The notes beneath the pieces were generated by a model that was not told the DNA's origin, made no database searches, and saw only the letters and a list, made by a program, of their open reading frames with translations. Source: Eledone cirrhosa (Eukaryota). From it: 64,000 nt of DNA. Location: the NCBI GenBank assembly GCA_964016885.1, contig OZ024740.1:280426001-280490000 (forward strand), given 5' to 3'. Shown here piece by piece: positions 14,029-26,410 of the stretch. Each line of letters opens with the position of its first letter. Position 1 is the first letter of the stretch. A program made the translations under genes and the position numbers.

Positions 14029-15359
14029 AATCACCAATACATAAACCAGGAAGGACAAATAAAGCAGGGTACAGGTTTGCCACAAAAACAGTTTGAAGAA
14101 ACAAGCAAAGATCTACAATATATCTAGTTGCTCAACATTTTACGAAATTCTCTAAATGTTTAAATTTGTGCTATTGAAGCAAATATTGAACCGAAAATGG
14201 TTTTTCTTGAAGATTGCTCAATGCAAAGTTGAAGACTGTATAAAAAGGATTCACATTTTTACAGATAAATGAAGGTTTTTATTTTGCTATCATTTTCAAT
14301 ACATTCAAGTAAGATAAACACACTCGCCATCATTATCGGCAGCACGTGTACACGCGCCTGTATATAATTTAAAAAACATGAATGTGTAATCTAGTTTAAT
14401 ATAAGAAGTATATAAGATATTTAACAATTTAGCACAAGGGTCTACTGAGCACTTTTATGATTTACACCATTAGAAAATAGGCAAAGAAAGAAGTAAAAAT
14501 ATAAATAAATATATGTATCTACGTATGGGCGTTTCTTGGGAAACACTTTAATTTACGTAATCTCTAAATTTTAATTTTCCTAAATCATAATTATTTAAGT
14601 TTCTGAAATGAATTAGTAGGTTAATATGCCTATAGGATTCGAAATTTAATAACCCCTAGAGAGAATATACAGGACTAACAACTGAATGGTAGCAATCTCA
14701 TACACATATAAACGTACAGCTTGTATAAATGTCATTGCGTACTTACATATGAGTGTTTATGTGTGTCTATGTGTGTATATGGTTGTCTTGCTATACAAGA
14801 CCATATGTATACTTACTTGTATGTGTTCATTTTCAGCTTAGACTTTTTGAATTGCATAAATAAATATTCGCCACCCCATCTCTCCGTCTGTCTTCATTAA
14901 CGATCTTCCTCCTCTCCCTTTCTTTGTTTCTGTTTGCTCTGAATGTTAGACCATATATCTGTACCCACCGTACTTTTCACTCTCATCTTCTGCTACGACA
15001 CGTGTAATAATATCACGCTTTAAGCAAAAATGTTCTGACGGTTACAAATTTTTAAAATAGAGTAATGTAGAATGACTTATGTCAGATGAGACACTTTAAT
15101 GACTATAATATGAAGACAAGGCTACATAAAGAGCTCCCAATTAGAGAGAAACACAGGGGAATCTACCAACTGAAGATAAAGAAATAAATAGTCTGTATGA
15201 ATACTTTGAAGCAGTATAAAACATAAAAAATTTCACATAAAATAGAAAATATACCACCAGTTGAACGCGAATTAGTTATTGAAGTGGAAGAAATGACACT
15301 GAAATTGAAAGAGATAGTTTAATGCACCATCGGAGATAACTTTATAAGATTTTTACAAT

Positions 15360-15500
15360 CAGTGCCGGATTTAGGACAAATGAGGCTCTGTTCTAGATAA
15401 GTTATGAAGCCCCAAATATTTGAAAACTTCATCGTAAAAACCTTTTTTTGGCAGGAAGATGCACCCCGCACAGCTTAGTAGAATGATAAATCCGGTATTG
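15360..15500. mobile_element. Small hAT-like MITE
   Basis: TIRs cagtgccggattta / taaatccggtattg; degenerate 8-bp TSD tttacaat / gtcacaat. Confidence 0.55.
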
Positions 15501-15849
15501 GTCACAATGAAGATAGTTGGCGTACTCTTTTAGAAGAAATAGAAGCCTTGTTCAGGATGAACCCATCTGGATAGCATGTGATAAAAAAAGCGAGAGATAA
15601 CAAGATGTGAAGACGCAAGATATAATGAGAAGCAAGTAAAGTATATTGTAATGACTTAAGAAAGATGACACAGCATCAGTGTACTTCACGAGAATACACC
15701 AAAACCCTTTGCATCACATGGAGATGAAAGGATTAAGAGAAGTATATATCTATATATTAAAAAACAAGTCAATTTGTGTCTAGGAAATAGTTACAGTTTT
15801 TCCTCCCTGAGAAAAAAAAATCTTACTATGACGATGTAGACGCTACAGT

Positions 15850-15850
15850 G

Positions 15851-15925
<75 letters not shown>

Positions 15926-15972
15926 GCTGCTGCTACTACTGCTGTTGCTGCCACCACTGTTACTGTTGCTAC
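15850..15972 (+). repeat. (ACT)n microsatellite decaying into (GCT)n
   Basis: Direct reading. Confidence 0.9.
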
Positions 15973-16501
15973 CAAGAAAAAGAAGACAGAGACGCAGGAG
16001 TAGAGAAAAGAAAAGGAAGGAAAAGAAAAGATGATTGTGATATGAAGAAGACGAAGAAGAAAAAGAAAAAGAAGATATATTGAAGTTTAAGAAAAACTCA
16101 CAGATTCAACCGCCATCACATATAATGTAATAAAGGAATGATATATATATATATATATATATATAATATAAAGAAATACAAAAATACATGCAGACACATA
16201 CATATACATTAATATATCCACACATATCCCTGAATTTGTGTTGTGCCAACCTCAACCGTTGTTGCTCTATGAATAACTGGGACAAAATAATCCGAATGGA
16301 TTAGATTGATTCAGTATCAGAGCTATATAATACATTATAAAGAAAGAAGAAACATTAGATATAATTAATAAGATATACCATACCTAAATTCCTTCATTCT
16401 CCTCGACTACGTAGTTTCGTGGCATATTATGCAAAAACACTACATCATAGAGATACAGTATTTTTGTGAGGTTTGCCGACTTATCAAGAGGATATATAAT
16501 G

Positions 16502-16547
<46 letters not shown>

Positions 16548-16786
16548 GAAAAAACTCATCGCTAAAACAACCGCCAAAACAGATAAATGCTGTCAAAAAT
16601 GCTTCAGAGGACAGAAACTAGCGGCCAGTGGTCAACAGAGAGACAATTCACAAGGTGGGTGACAGCCAGATGAAATATAGAAACGATTGAAAGAGGTGGA
16701 GGACAAGGAGAAGTGAGCTGGCGCACAGAAGTGATCGGAAGAAGGAAATATAGAAAGGCGATGAACAAGACAAGTTTACACACACA

Positions 16787-16829
<43 letters not shown>

Positions 16830-16830
16830 G

Positions 16831-16868
<38 letters not shown>

Positions 16869-17095
16869 CACACACACACACACACATCTTCACCGTCATC
16901 AGCTCTCAAACTAGCCAAATGGTTTCGCACGATTTACAATATTCTTCGTCATTGACGGGTACTATGATAATATATATATATATTACAGAGGTTGATTGAG
17001 GAAATGGAACTGCCCGTCATACCGTTGTTTTTTCCAATTTTTTCGTCCTGTGCGACCCCTATTTGAATATATATGTATAGATATATGATACATGA

Positions 17096-17163
<68 letters not shown>

Positions 17164-17224
17164 GTAGAACACTGGGAGGTAATATCCGTAGTGGTAGAGC
17201 ACTCAGTCCATGGGACGAGTTAGG

Positions 17225-17372
17225 TAGAAGTGGTTACACAACAGTTAGTTCACCATACCGAGAACAATTGTTTCACCTTAGCCGATCCTCATCTCGTAAT
17301 GATTACGAGCTGAGGATCGGCTAAGGTGAAACAATTGTTCTCGGTATGGTGAACTAACTGTTGTGTAACCAC

Positions 17373-17377
<5 letters not shown>
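17225..17377. repeat. Near-perfect 153-bp palindrome containing an HHR motif
   Basis: 76-bp arms around G17301, one mismatch (17292/17310); (TA)n tracts at 17100-17160 and 17376-17431. Confidence 0.9.
17306..17343 (+). ncRNA. Minimal type I hammerhead ribozyme motif
   Basis: cgag-CTGAGGA-tcggctaaggt-GAA-ACAATTGT-T-ctcg; stem I cgag/ctcg; palindromic stem III; stem II weak. Confidence 0.55.
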
Positions 17378-17435
<58 letters not shown>

Positions 17436-17699
17436 CTCATACACACACTCACACACATATATTTATATTGAACAGTCAAACCATATAGACGTACTTTTAA
17501 GTGACTATACAATTCAGCAGCAGAGACACAGGGAATCGTTGACTTTCAATACTCTATAAGTACACCCTCGCTTTCTATTTTAACATTTTGGAAAGCTTAA
17601 AGTATTTCTAAGTATATAACATTCTAACTGCAAACTTTTCAATATTGAAACATAAACGGATGTTCTTGTCTGTTTCTACAAAGAATAACGCACCTGAAA

Positions 17700-20600
17700 C
17701 ACATTGTTGTGTGCATACATCTATGACTGATGCATCTGGACACATCTTCAGTGATGTGCCTGGTATCATCGGGTGTTTCGGGTCTTTCAACATCATACGC
17801 CCTTCTCCAGGTGACCCAGCTGGGGCTGATCAGATCCCAGCTTGTGTCCAGATGGCCAGCTAGCTACCATGACTCCATGGCTCTCCTCTTTTGACCCACA
17901 GCCATCTTGAGGCCCTCTCTGCCGTATCGGTGGTACTGCGGATGGCCTTCCTCCTTCTCACTCCCTCGATGCCCAAACTGCTGAAGGTTCTGGTCAGGGA
18001 ACGGGCTGCGAAACTCCTGCATCCAACCTCCACTGGGAGACACCTCGCTCTCCAACCAGCCCGCTGACAGTGACTGACCAGAACCGCGTACTTAGAGATC
18101 TTTCTCTCTAAGACTTCTTCCAGGCGATCTTCCCATGGGACAGTCAACTCCAGCAGCACTACTTGCTTGGTGGACTCAGACACGAGGACAATGTCTGGTC
18201 GCAGGGTGGTGACCACAATGTGGCAAGGGAACTTCAGCTGACGCTCAAGATCCACCAATAGCTGCCAGTCTCTTGCAGATGTTACGATGCCCACCGATGT
18301 TTTCCTGGCAGGGGTTGGCTGCTCCCCAGCTCTGACAAAGGCGATGGTTTTCTTGGAGGGTCGGAACCGCATCGCCCACACAAGTCCTACGCTGATGGCT
18401 TCAGCGATGGTCTTAAGGACTGGGTCATGCATCCAGCGGTACCGTCCTTCTCCAAGTGCCCCTGTGTGTTGGAGCACAACACACATGCTGGTGTCTCTGT
18501 TATGCCCCATGTGTGCAGGTTTGATGGGCTTGGAAGCACATCGTACACTGCCTGGATGAGGAATTTAATGCGGTGAGGCTCGGCTTTCCACAGCTCAGCT
18601 CAGGTCACTTTCCTCTCAACCGCATTCTCCCATCTTGTCCAAGCTCCCTGTTGCTTCATTCCTATTGCCTTGCAAGTTCTCATTTCCTACACTGCAGCTC
18701 TCACCTCCTCCTGAACAAGGCGGCGCACTTCCTTCCCACTGGTGTTCGTTTGAGGAGTCGGAAAGGAGCCTAGCCCAGCTCTGCCTCGTGTGACCACTCC
18801 CACAAGTCTCCTTTGGCGCAGCCTTGGCTCTGCCTCTTGAACTGCGTCCTCTGCCCTCCACTTCTTACCAATCCTCACTTGGATCCCTACCTTCGGATCA
18901 CAAGAGTCCCTGTACTGGACCACTTCTCTGGCTCTTGTAACCTTGAACTCCTCCTCCAATGATTTGAAGAGCAATTGCAGTTTGGTGTTGTTACCGTAGA
19001 GCACGATGCTGCTGAGGCTCCTGGGCAATCCAAACCATCTCCGGAGGTGGCTGCTGACCCTCCTCTCTAAGGTCTCCACTGTGGAGATGGGGACTGCATA
19101 GACAAGGAGGGGCCGCAGGATCCTGGGAAGAATGCCGTGCTGGTAGACCCAGGCTTTGAATTTCCCAGGTAGGCCTGACTTGTCCACGGATTTCAGCCAG
19201 CCATCCAACTCAGTGCAGGCCGACTGGATAGATGTAGTATCTCTCAATGAGCTGTCGAAAACCTTGCCCAAGCTCTTGACGGACTTATTCGTGATTGTTG
19301 GAATGGCTGTTCCTGAGATGTTAAACTGGAACTTGTCCTCCACCTTCCCTTTCCTCAGAACCATTGATCTTGATTTGGTTGTTTGAAACGCATCCGGGCC
19401 CACTCCATCTCCTTTTCGAGTCCCTGCAGAATCCACTGGCAGCCTGGCGCTGATTCTGTCATGACTGTGAGGTCATCCATGAACGCCCTAATGGGTGGTT
19501 GCCTTTGCCCGGATTTCGATAGGGGCCCTCTGTACTCTGGCTCAGCAGACTTGGTAATCATGTTCATGGCTAGGAAGTTAGTGTCACAGAGATAGTGCAC
19601 CCCGTGATGATGCCAATTTCCACCTTGTGCCAGCGTGATGTTATTGCTCCCGAAGAGACCCTCATCCTGAAATTGGTGTAGTAATCAGCGATGAGGTCTC
19701 TACATCTGCTTGGGACATGATGTTTTGTCAACGTGAGCTGTACCAGCTTGTGTGAAATGGAGCCGAATGCATTTGCCAGGTCAAGCCACAGCACAGAGAG
19801 GTTACCCCTGTTCTCTCTTGCCTCTCGAATCAGCTGTGTTACCACACCGATATGCTCCACACAGCCTGGTATTCCCGGAATGCCACCCTTCTGTACAAAT
19901 GTATCGATGTAGGAGTTCTGACCCAGGTAGACACACAGCCGTTTGGAAACAATGCTGAAGAAGATCTTTGCCTCCACATACAGCAGGGAGATGATGCGGA
20001 ATCGGTCTATCTGGGTGGAATTTTCCTCCTTCGGGTTCTACACCCCCTCAGCTACTCTCCATTGTTCTGGGAACCTCCCTCTTCTCCAGAAGACTCGCAG
20101 GATTTTCCACAGACGCAGCAGAAGTTTGGGACAGTTCTTATACACTTTGTATGACGTGCCACTTGGTCCTGGAGCAGAGCATGCCCCTGCTCTGAGGACA
20201 ACCTCCCCGACTTCCTTTAGCTGCAGCTCTGTCATGTCAAACCGCACCTCTGGTTCAGGGGGGGGGGGTCTATGAGGATGTTACACTCTCCCAACTCCTG
20301 CTCTCTTGCGGGGTCGCTGTACGTCTTCTTCAGATGCCGGATTATGTCTTCCTGCGAGGAGGCAAGTTTACCACTGCGCTTCTGCCCCAACAAATCCTTA
20401 GTGAACTTGAAGGGTTTGGAGATCAAGGCAGCACGCTAGCGCGCCCTCTCACTGCACCGCCTTCGGTGCCATTCAGCCCGTCGGAGAACCCTGATGTTTT
20501 TCCGTAGGCTGCACATTAGCTGGGCCAGGCCAATGAGTTCCTCATCTCCGGCCTTCTTGTATTGGGACTTCAGTGCCTTCATATCCTGCCTGATTTTAAG

Positions 20601-21035
20601 GATCCTAACAGCTCTTTGATTCTTTGAGTAAGTTGTTCCGGAGCTTTTCTTCTCCTCCTCACCGAATCGTCCAGCTGCGAAACTCACAATGATTGTTGTC
20701 ATAGCTTGTAGCCTCCTGTCAGCCCCTCCCTTTACCGTTGCCTCCAGAATTTGGTCGACATCATCATCGAACTGCTTCCACAGGGAGGTCAGCTAGCTGT
20801 TGGCTATTTGATCCGCCTCCTGTCAGATTTGATGCTCAAGGGATTAGTTTCCACCACTTGGAGGTTCCGGGCACTATGGGGTGACTCCGGGCCTGGCTCC
20901 TCCTGCGTCTCACCAGGTTGGACACCTGTGCGATGTGTTGTTTCTGCTCCCAACGGGCACTTCATCCTCGCTCGGTGTATCTTTAGGCCTTGGATGTTCT
21001 TGCAGACTTTACCGCATGTACACTTCTTGCATGTA
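17700..21035 (-). mobile_element. Near full-length but disrupted HERO-type non-LTR retrotransposon (Zn finger, RT, restriction-like endonuclease)
   Basis: N-terminal KCTCGKVCKNIQGLKIHRARMKC; RT motifs SAPGPSG, QKGGIPGIPGCVEH, WLDLANAFGSI, GIITGCTIS, RAFMDDLTV; RLE motifs RYRWMHD, LRPDIVLVS, LLELTVPWE, LPVEVGCR, AERASRWLW; frameshifts and an internal deletion near 18500-18570. Confidence 0.85.
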
Positions 21036-21697
21036 TTCTTCGTTTTCTCGTTTATTGTACAAGTAATATATATGATGTATATGAAATATTCAAAAGAAAC
21101 AAATCAATAGAAATTTATAAAAGAAGAAGAAAGTAGCATTGCAAAAGACTATTGAAAAAAGGTAAAGGAAGGAAAGGGCAACGATTATTTAGCAATGAAA
21201 GAAATGGAGAAAGGGAGAGGGGGAAAGACTTTACACCTAAGTCAGAGTGGTGTTTCAACTGCGCCCCGTGGACAAAATAGCAAAGGCATTGCCAAGGACA
21301 ATGTCTAGTGACACCTGCTGCAACAATCACCCCACCTCGCACGGCTCTTTCCTCTGACGGAGAGCTGTCGTTCAGATTTGTGGAGAAACAATATATTATA
21401 TATCACAAATTGAACCATAAGTGAACATTCGTGTTTTTTTCATACAGGAAAAAAACCATACAAAACAACTTCAAAATTGAGTTACTGCATTTCTAATTCG
21501 TGGCAGAAAAGAACCTAAAGCATTCCCCTCAAAAGTTGAAAATAACAAATAAAGAAATAAATAGAAAAAAGTAGGGTACCTTACAAATATTACAGTAAAG
21601 GAGAAATATACTCATCACAATGAACATAACACACCTTTATGATATATATATATATATAATATATGAGAACAAAAGATGGTTAAAAGAGTTCCATGTA

Positions 21698-21764
21698 TTT
21701 TATTATGCGCATTTCAAAAACAAATATCATCATGCAATAATATTTGTGTTTTCATCAGATAAAA
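21698..21764 (-). ncRNA. Type I hammerhead ribozyme (minus-strand arm)
   Basis: Reverse complement of 21881-21947. Confidence 0.75.
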
Positions 21765-21880
21765 CAGAAAGACATGATATGAAGGTTAAAAAACACTTGT
21801 GGATAGTTCGGTTTTAAATATGTTGATTTAAAACCGAACTATCCACAAGTGTTTTTTAACCTTCATATCATGTCTTCCTG

Positions 21881-21947
21881 TTTTATCTGATGAAAACACA
21901 AATATTATTGCATGATGATATTTGTTTTTGAAATGCGCATAATAAAA
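21881..21947 (+). ncRNA. Type I hammerhead ribozyme (plus-strand arm)
   Basis: ttttat-CTGATGA-aaacacaaatattattgcatgatgatatttgttttt-GAA-ATGCGCAT-A-ataaaa; stem I ttttat/ataaaa; long stem II; palindromic stem III; AUA triplet. Confidence 0.75.
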
Positions 21948-22075
21948 TACATGGAACTCTTTTAACCATCTTTTGTTCTTATATATTATGTATACTCCAG
22001 TCCTACAAACTGTAGAGTGCTTCTTATCCGATATCTGCATTGCTTTATTGAACTACAATAAAACTCACCTCCTAC

Positions 22076-22130
<55 letters not shown>

Positions 22131-22469
22131 CGGCGATGAATTAGTTTTGCGAGGTTTTTGATATTAACTGTTGTTGTGTGTTTTGGTCGTTCAGCTTGTG
22201 TTTTGTTCAATGATGGATTATTTACTTGTTTTGATATGTTTGTTCAATAATAAATTGTTTACTTATTTTGATATGTTTGATATGTTTGTTGTGTATATTT
22301 TGTTGTATTATTTTTGACCGCTGGTCAGTCAATGGCAACATTGAGGACCGAATAAATTAGATTACCGATATAAAAGACACAGAAGCGAAAAGCGAAAACC
22401 AACCAAACAGTGAGTGTGTTCTGTTATTAATTCTGGCAATATTACACAAATATGACCCTCCCCAAGTAT

Positions 22470-22539
<70 letters not shown>

Positions 22540-22541
<2 letters not shown>

Positions 22542-23330
22542 CGTTTCTGAATTTGTTTAGCAAGATTCTTTATCTGAAATCGTGTGTTGAAACCGATATT
22601 GTTATACTTTGGGAGGGTCATGTTGCCAATAAGAAACACACGCACCAGTTGCTTTCACTTCAATTTATTATAATAAATTTATAATAAATTTATAAATTTA
22701 TAAATTTCTGGTTGGTTGGTTGGTTCCACAACCAGATAGTTGTTTATATAGTGTCATAGTTCTTTCGTCACACACTCTGTGACCTCTTCAGTGACTGGGG
22801 ATTCCTTTCTTTGTTTCTGTGCCTCTCCTTTGTTCTCTCCTACGCCATTTTGTTTCTGTGTGTGTGTTGTGTGCTCAGTCTGCGCATGCGCCACATCCGG
22901 GTGTCTGTGTGTGTTTATGTTCATTTATTTATTTGTTTATTTACATGTTACTGGTTGGTTGTTTGTTCTATGTGTGTGTGTGTTTTCATTTTGTCCTTAA
23001 TTGTAAGTTGTGATGTTGCTGTTCCACTCATATTTTCTATTTAATTTTGGTTGTAATTCTTTTATGTTTATTGCCTCTGTAATTTGTCTAAACATTGTGT
23101 CTTTTCTGTGTGTAGATTCTATTTTTATTTCTATGTTCTCTAATTTACCCTTGTGTTCTATTTTAGCATGTTGGTAGAGTACAGATGATTCTTTACTCTC
23201 TTGAAGGTCTCGCCAGTGTTCATTTATCCGTTCCCCTACACTACTAGCTGTCTCACCTATGTACACTATATTTTTGTCTCTCCATTGTCCTTCAGTACAT
23301 CTTATGCTATACACTACATTTCTAGTTTTA
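22540..23330 (-). mobile_element. Penelope-like element 3' fragment: GIY-YIG endonuclease plus pseudo-LTR
   Basis: ORF 22997-23314 has YSIRC..VYIGET...ERINEH...LYQH...RQITEAINI...PKLN; HHR downstream on the same strand; short inverted copy 22449-22474 across a (TA)n tract. Confidence 0.8.
22753..22795 (-). ncRNA. Minimal type I hammerhead ribozyme in Penelope pLTR
   Basis: gtca-CTGAAGA-g-gtcac-agagtgt-gtgac-GAAA-gaac-TA-tgac. Confidence 0.7.
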
Positions 23331-23406
23331 CAGTTAATATGGGGGCTTATTTTACAGGTTATACATTTCTTATCTATACATGAGGGTCTTTGAAAAGGGT
23401 ATGTCT

Positions 23407-23815
23407 ACGGCTTTCTAAATGTTTACCTGTAAACATACTGTGCTTCTTTAGAAATACGAAATTTCTATACATATCTGTATACAGCTATGCCTGAAGCTAA
23501 ATCCTAATTCAATTCTATTATACGTTGAGCCAACTTATGCAGTTTCATATGAAAATGAGATTAATCACCTCATTTACACAGACGAGAAAACTATATATTC
23601 TTGACTGTTTTAAAGTCCAGCAGTCGTAAGTGTGGGAGGGATCGTCCTGATGAGGAACAGTTAAGTCCGAAATGCATCAACGATTGTCCCTTTTGCTTCT
23701 GTTGGACACAACCAGAGGGCCTTAGCCGCGGTGCTGCTTTTGCATAAAAACGGCTTTCTAAATGTTTACCTGTAAATATACCGTGTTTCTTTAGAAATAC
23801 GAAATTTCTATACAT
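23407..23815 (+). mobile_element. ~343-nt HHR-containing monomer with ~65-bp terminal direct redundancy (retrozyme/pLTR-like)
   Basis: acggctttctaaatgtttacctgtaaa...gaaatacgaaatttctatacata at both 23407 and 23750, with an HHR between. Confidence 0.65.
23635..23690 (+). ncRNA. Type I hammerhead ribozyme motif
   Basis: atcgtc-CTGATGA-gga-acagttaag-tcc-GAA-ATGCAT-C-aacgat; AUC triplet; one mismatch at the base of stem I; distal ggga/tccc. Confidence 0.72.
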
Positions 23816-24218
23816 ACGTAACAGGATTATATTTCGATTTAAGATAACAGACACTTCCAGCAATCCCCCCAAAATGATTATTATTAACAAAAAGGGAATA
23901 TAACAGCAAAAATTATTAAAATCGAGTTGTTTAATATAAAATGAAATGAGCAAAACTTAAATTATAAGACAGCTATTCCAAAATTTGCATAAAAGTATTA
24001 TGTTGATTATTGCGCCAGAAAACCTATAATTTTCACCAGTAGAGATATACACTGTTTGCCAGAAATGTCTGTAATCTTAAATCGAAGATTACATGTAACC
24101 GTTGCTAGACTGTCACACATATTCTGATAAATATCAGCTTGAGCCTTTTCCAAAGTGGGGATACATTAAAATTCTTTTCTAACTCTATCAATCATTAAAC
24201 TAATATACCATCATTGGG

Positions 24219-24372
<154 letters not shown>

Positions 24373-24894
24373 TTGCTGATACTATATTTATATATGCATA
24401 AACCACTTCTGTTAAACCACTGTATTTATTTACACGAAGGTAACTCTCTCTCTCTCTGTTTCTATTTCTTCTTTGTTCTTCCTATCTACCCCTTTATCTG
24501 TTTCCTTATCTTTCACTCCTTCATTGTTTCTCTTACTCTCATTCTTTCGTCTACTTCTTTCTTGTTAGAGTCGGTAGGTAGCAACAGGAACTCTCATCAT
24601 CAGAACCGACGGAAATCCATAAGATATATCCAATATTTTCTTACTGCACAACTTAATATTTAATTGAACAACTTAAGACGAAGCAAACATTCATAACGTA
24701 TGATGAAAACATATGGAAATATGTCTTGTGAGGATGACCATGAATATTATTACAAGAAAAAGATAAAGTCCAATGTAAGCGACTGCACGTATCTATGTAA
24801 AATGTCGACACGACAAAAAGCGAATAGACAGCATTTTGTGGAAATGATTTTCAGTTGGCTTTACCACGGTAACCTATTTATTAAGAAATATAAT

Positions 24895-25079
24895 TGTTTC
24901 TACTTTTGGCACAAGGCCAGTAATTACCCAGTGTATTACTGGTACTTTATTTTATCGACCCCATGAGGATGAAAGGCAAAGTTAACCTCGGCGGGATTTG
25001 AACTCAGAATGGCAAAGGGCGTAACTCTATGCGTCAAAGCATTGGGTCCGACCCTCTACCGATACTGCCAATCCACCGC
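24895..25079 (-). mobile_element. tRNA-derived SINE
   Basis: Same family as 9812; TSD cctatttattaagaaatataat (24873-24894 / 25080-25101). Confidence 0.85.
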
Positions 25080-25438
25080 CCTATTTATTAAGAAATATAA
25101 TATAGTCAATGCAGAAGAGATCGTTTGTAATTATTGCGTAAAATCTGTTTATTTAAATAATTCTTGGAGTAAAGTGAAGAAATTCTATTGATAGCTACAT
25201 ATTTCATATCTTAAAATTATTCAGAAGAAAAGGGACAATGCCTATAATCTTTTTAGAGCCCCTCAGACTGATGAGATTAATATAAGCAATGTTAATCTTG
25301 ATCATCTATAGATCAATGTTTGCTGGAAAAGCACAAGAGGAGAGGTTTACAGATTTGGGAAGGAAGGCTGAGCGACGTTTTTCTGACGGAATCTTTTCCC
25401 CCTCTCTCCTCTCTCTCTTTTTCTCTGTCTTCCTCTTC

Positions 25439-25998
<560 letters not shown>

Positions 25999-26410
25999 AA
26001 GAGAAAATGGTGATCGTAAGGACACAAAAGGTTTCTTCTGTTTCATCAATACATCTTCTGACTTGCTTGTGTTTAGACACCACTAAAAATAATCCTCTAT
26101 AATATATTATATACCATTCATTTTGTGTATTTGCTTTATTCACGATATAATTGTCTCTGGCGCACCATATCAGTGTGCATCTCTCCAAACCTAATCTGTA
26201 TGTCTGAATGGAAAATAATTAATACTCTTCTAATTCAGAAGAATCATAGAACCGCCAAATTTCTCTATTGCTTTTTATGAAACCGAAAACTCTAAACTGC
26301 TAAGAGGAATCTGCGAGGAAAATATTAGACTATAAAGCATATATCCGCATTTTAGGCACTCAGCCATGACCATGTTGATAAGACATTCGTTCCGCAACCA
26401 CGTGATTACA

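Larger units (their letters stand above)
21651..21994. repeat. ~344-bp near-perfect palindrome with an HHR in each arm
   Basis: Arms 21651-21819 and 21826-21994, 6-nt loop, about 3 mismatches; explains the twin ORFs 21620+ and 22040-. Confidence 0.92.

Noticed and set aside
17735-17800. Possible permuted hammerhead in the HERO 3' UTR (GAAA...CTGAAGA)
   Set aside because: No NUH triplet, stem III or stem II pairing.
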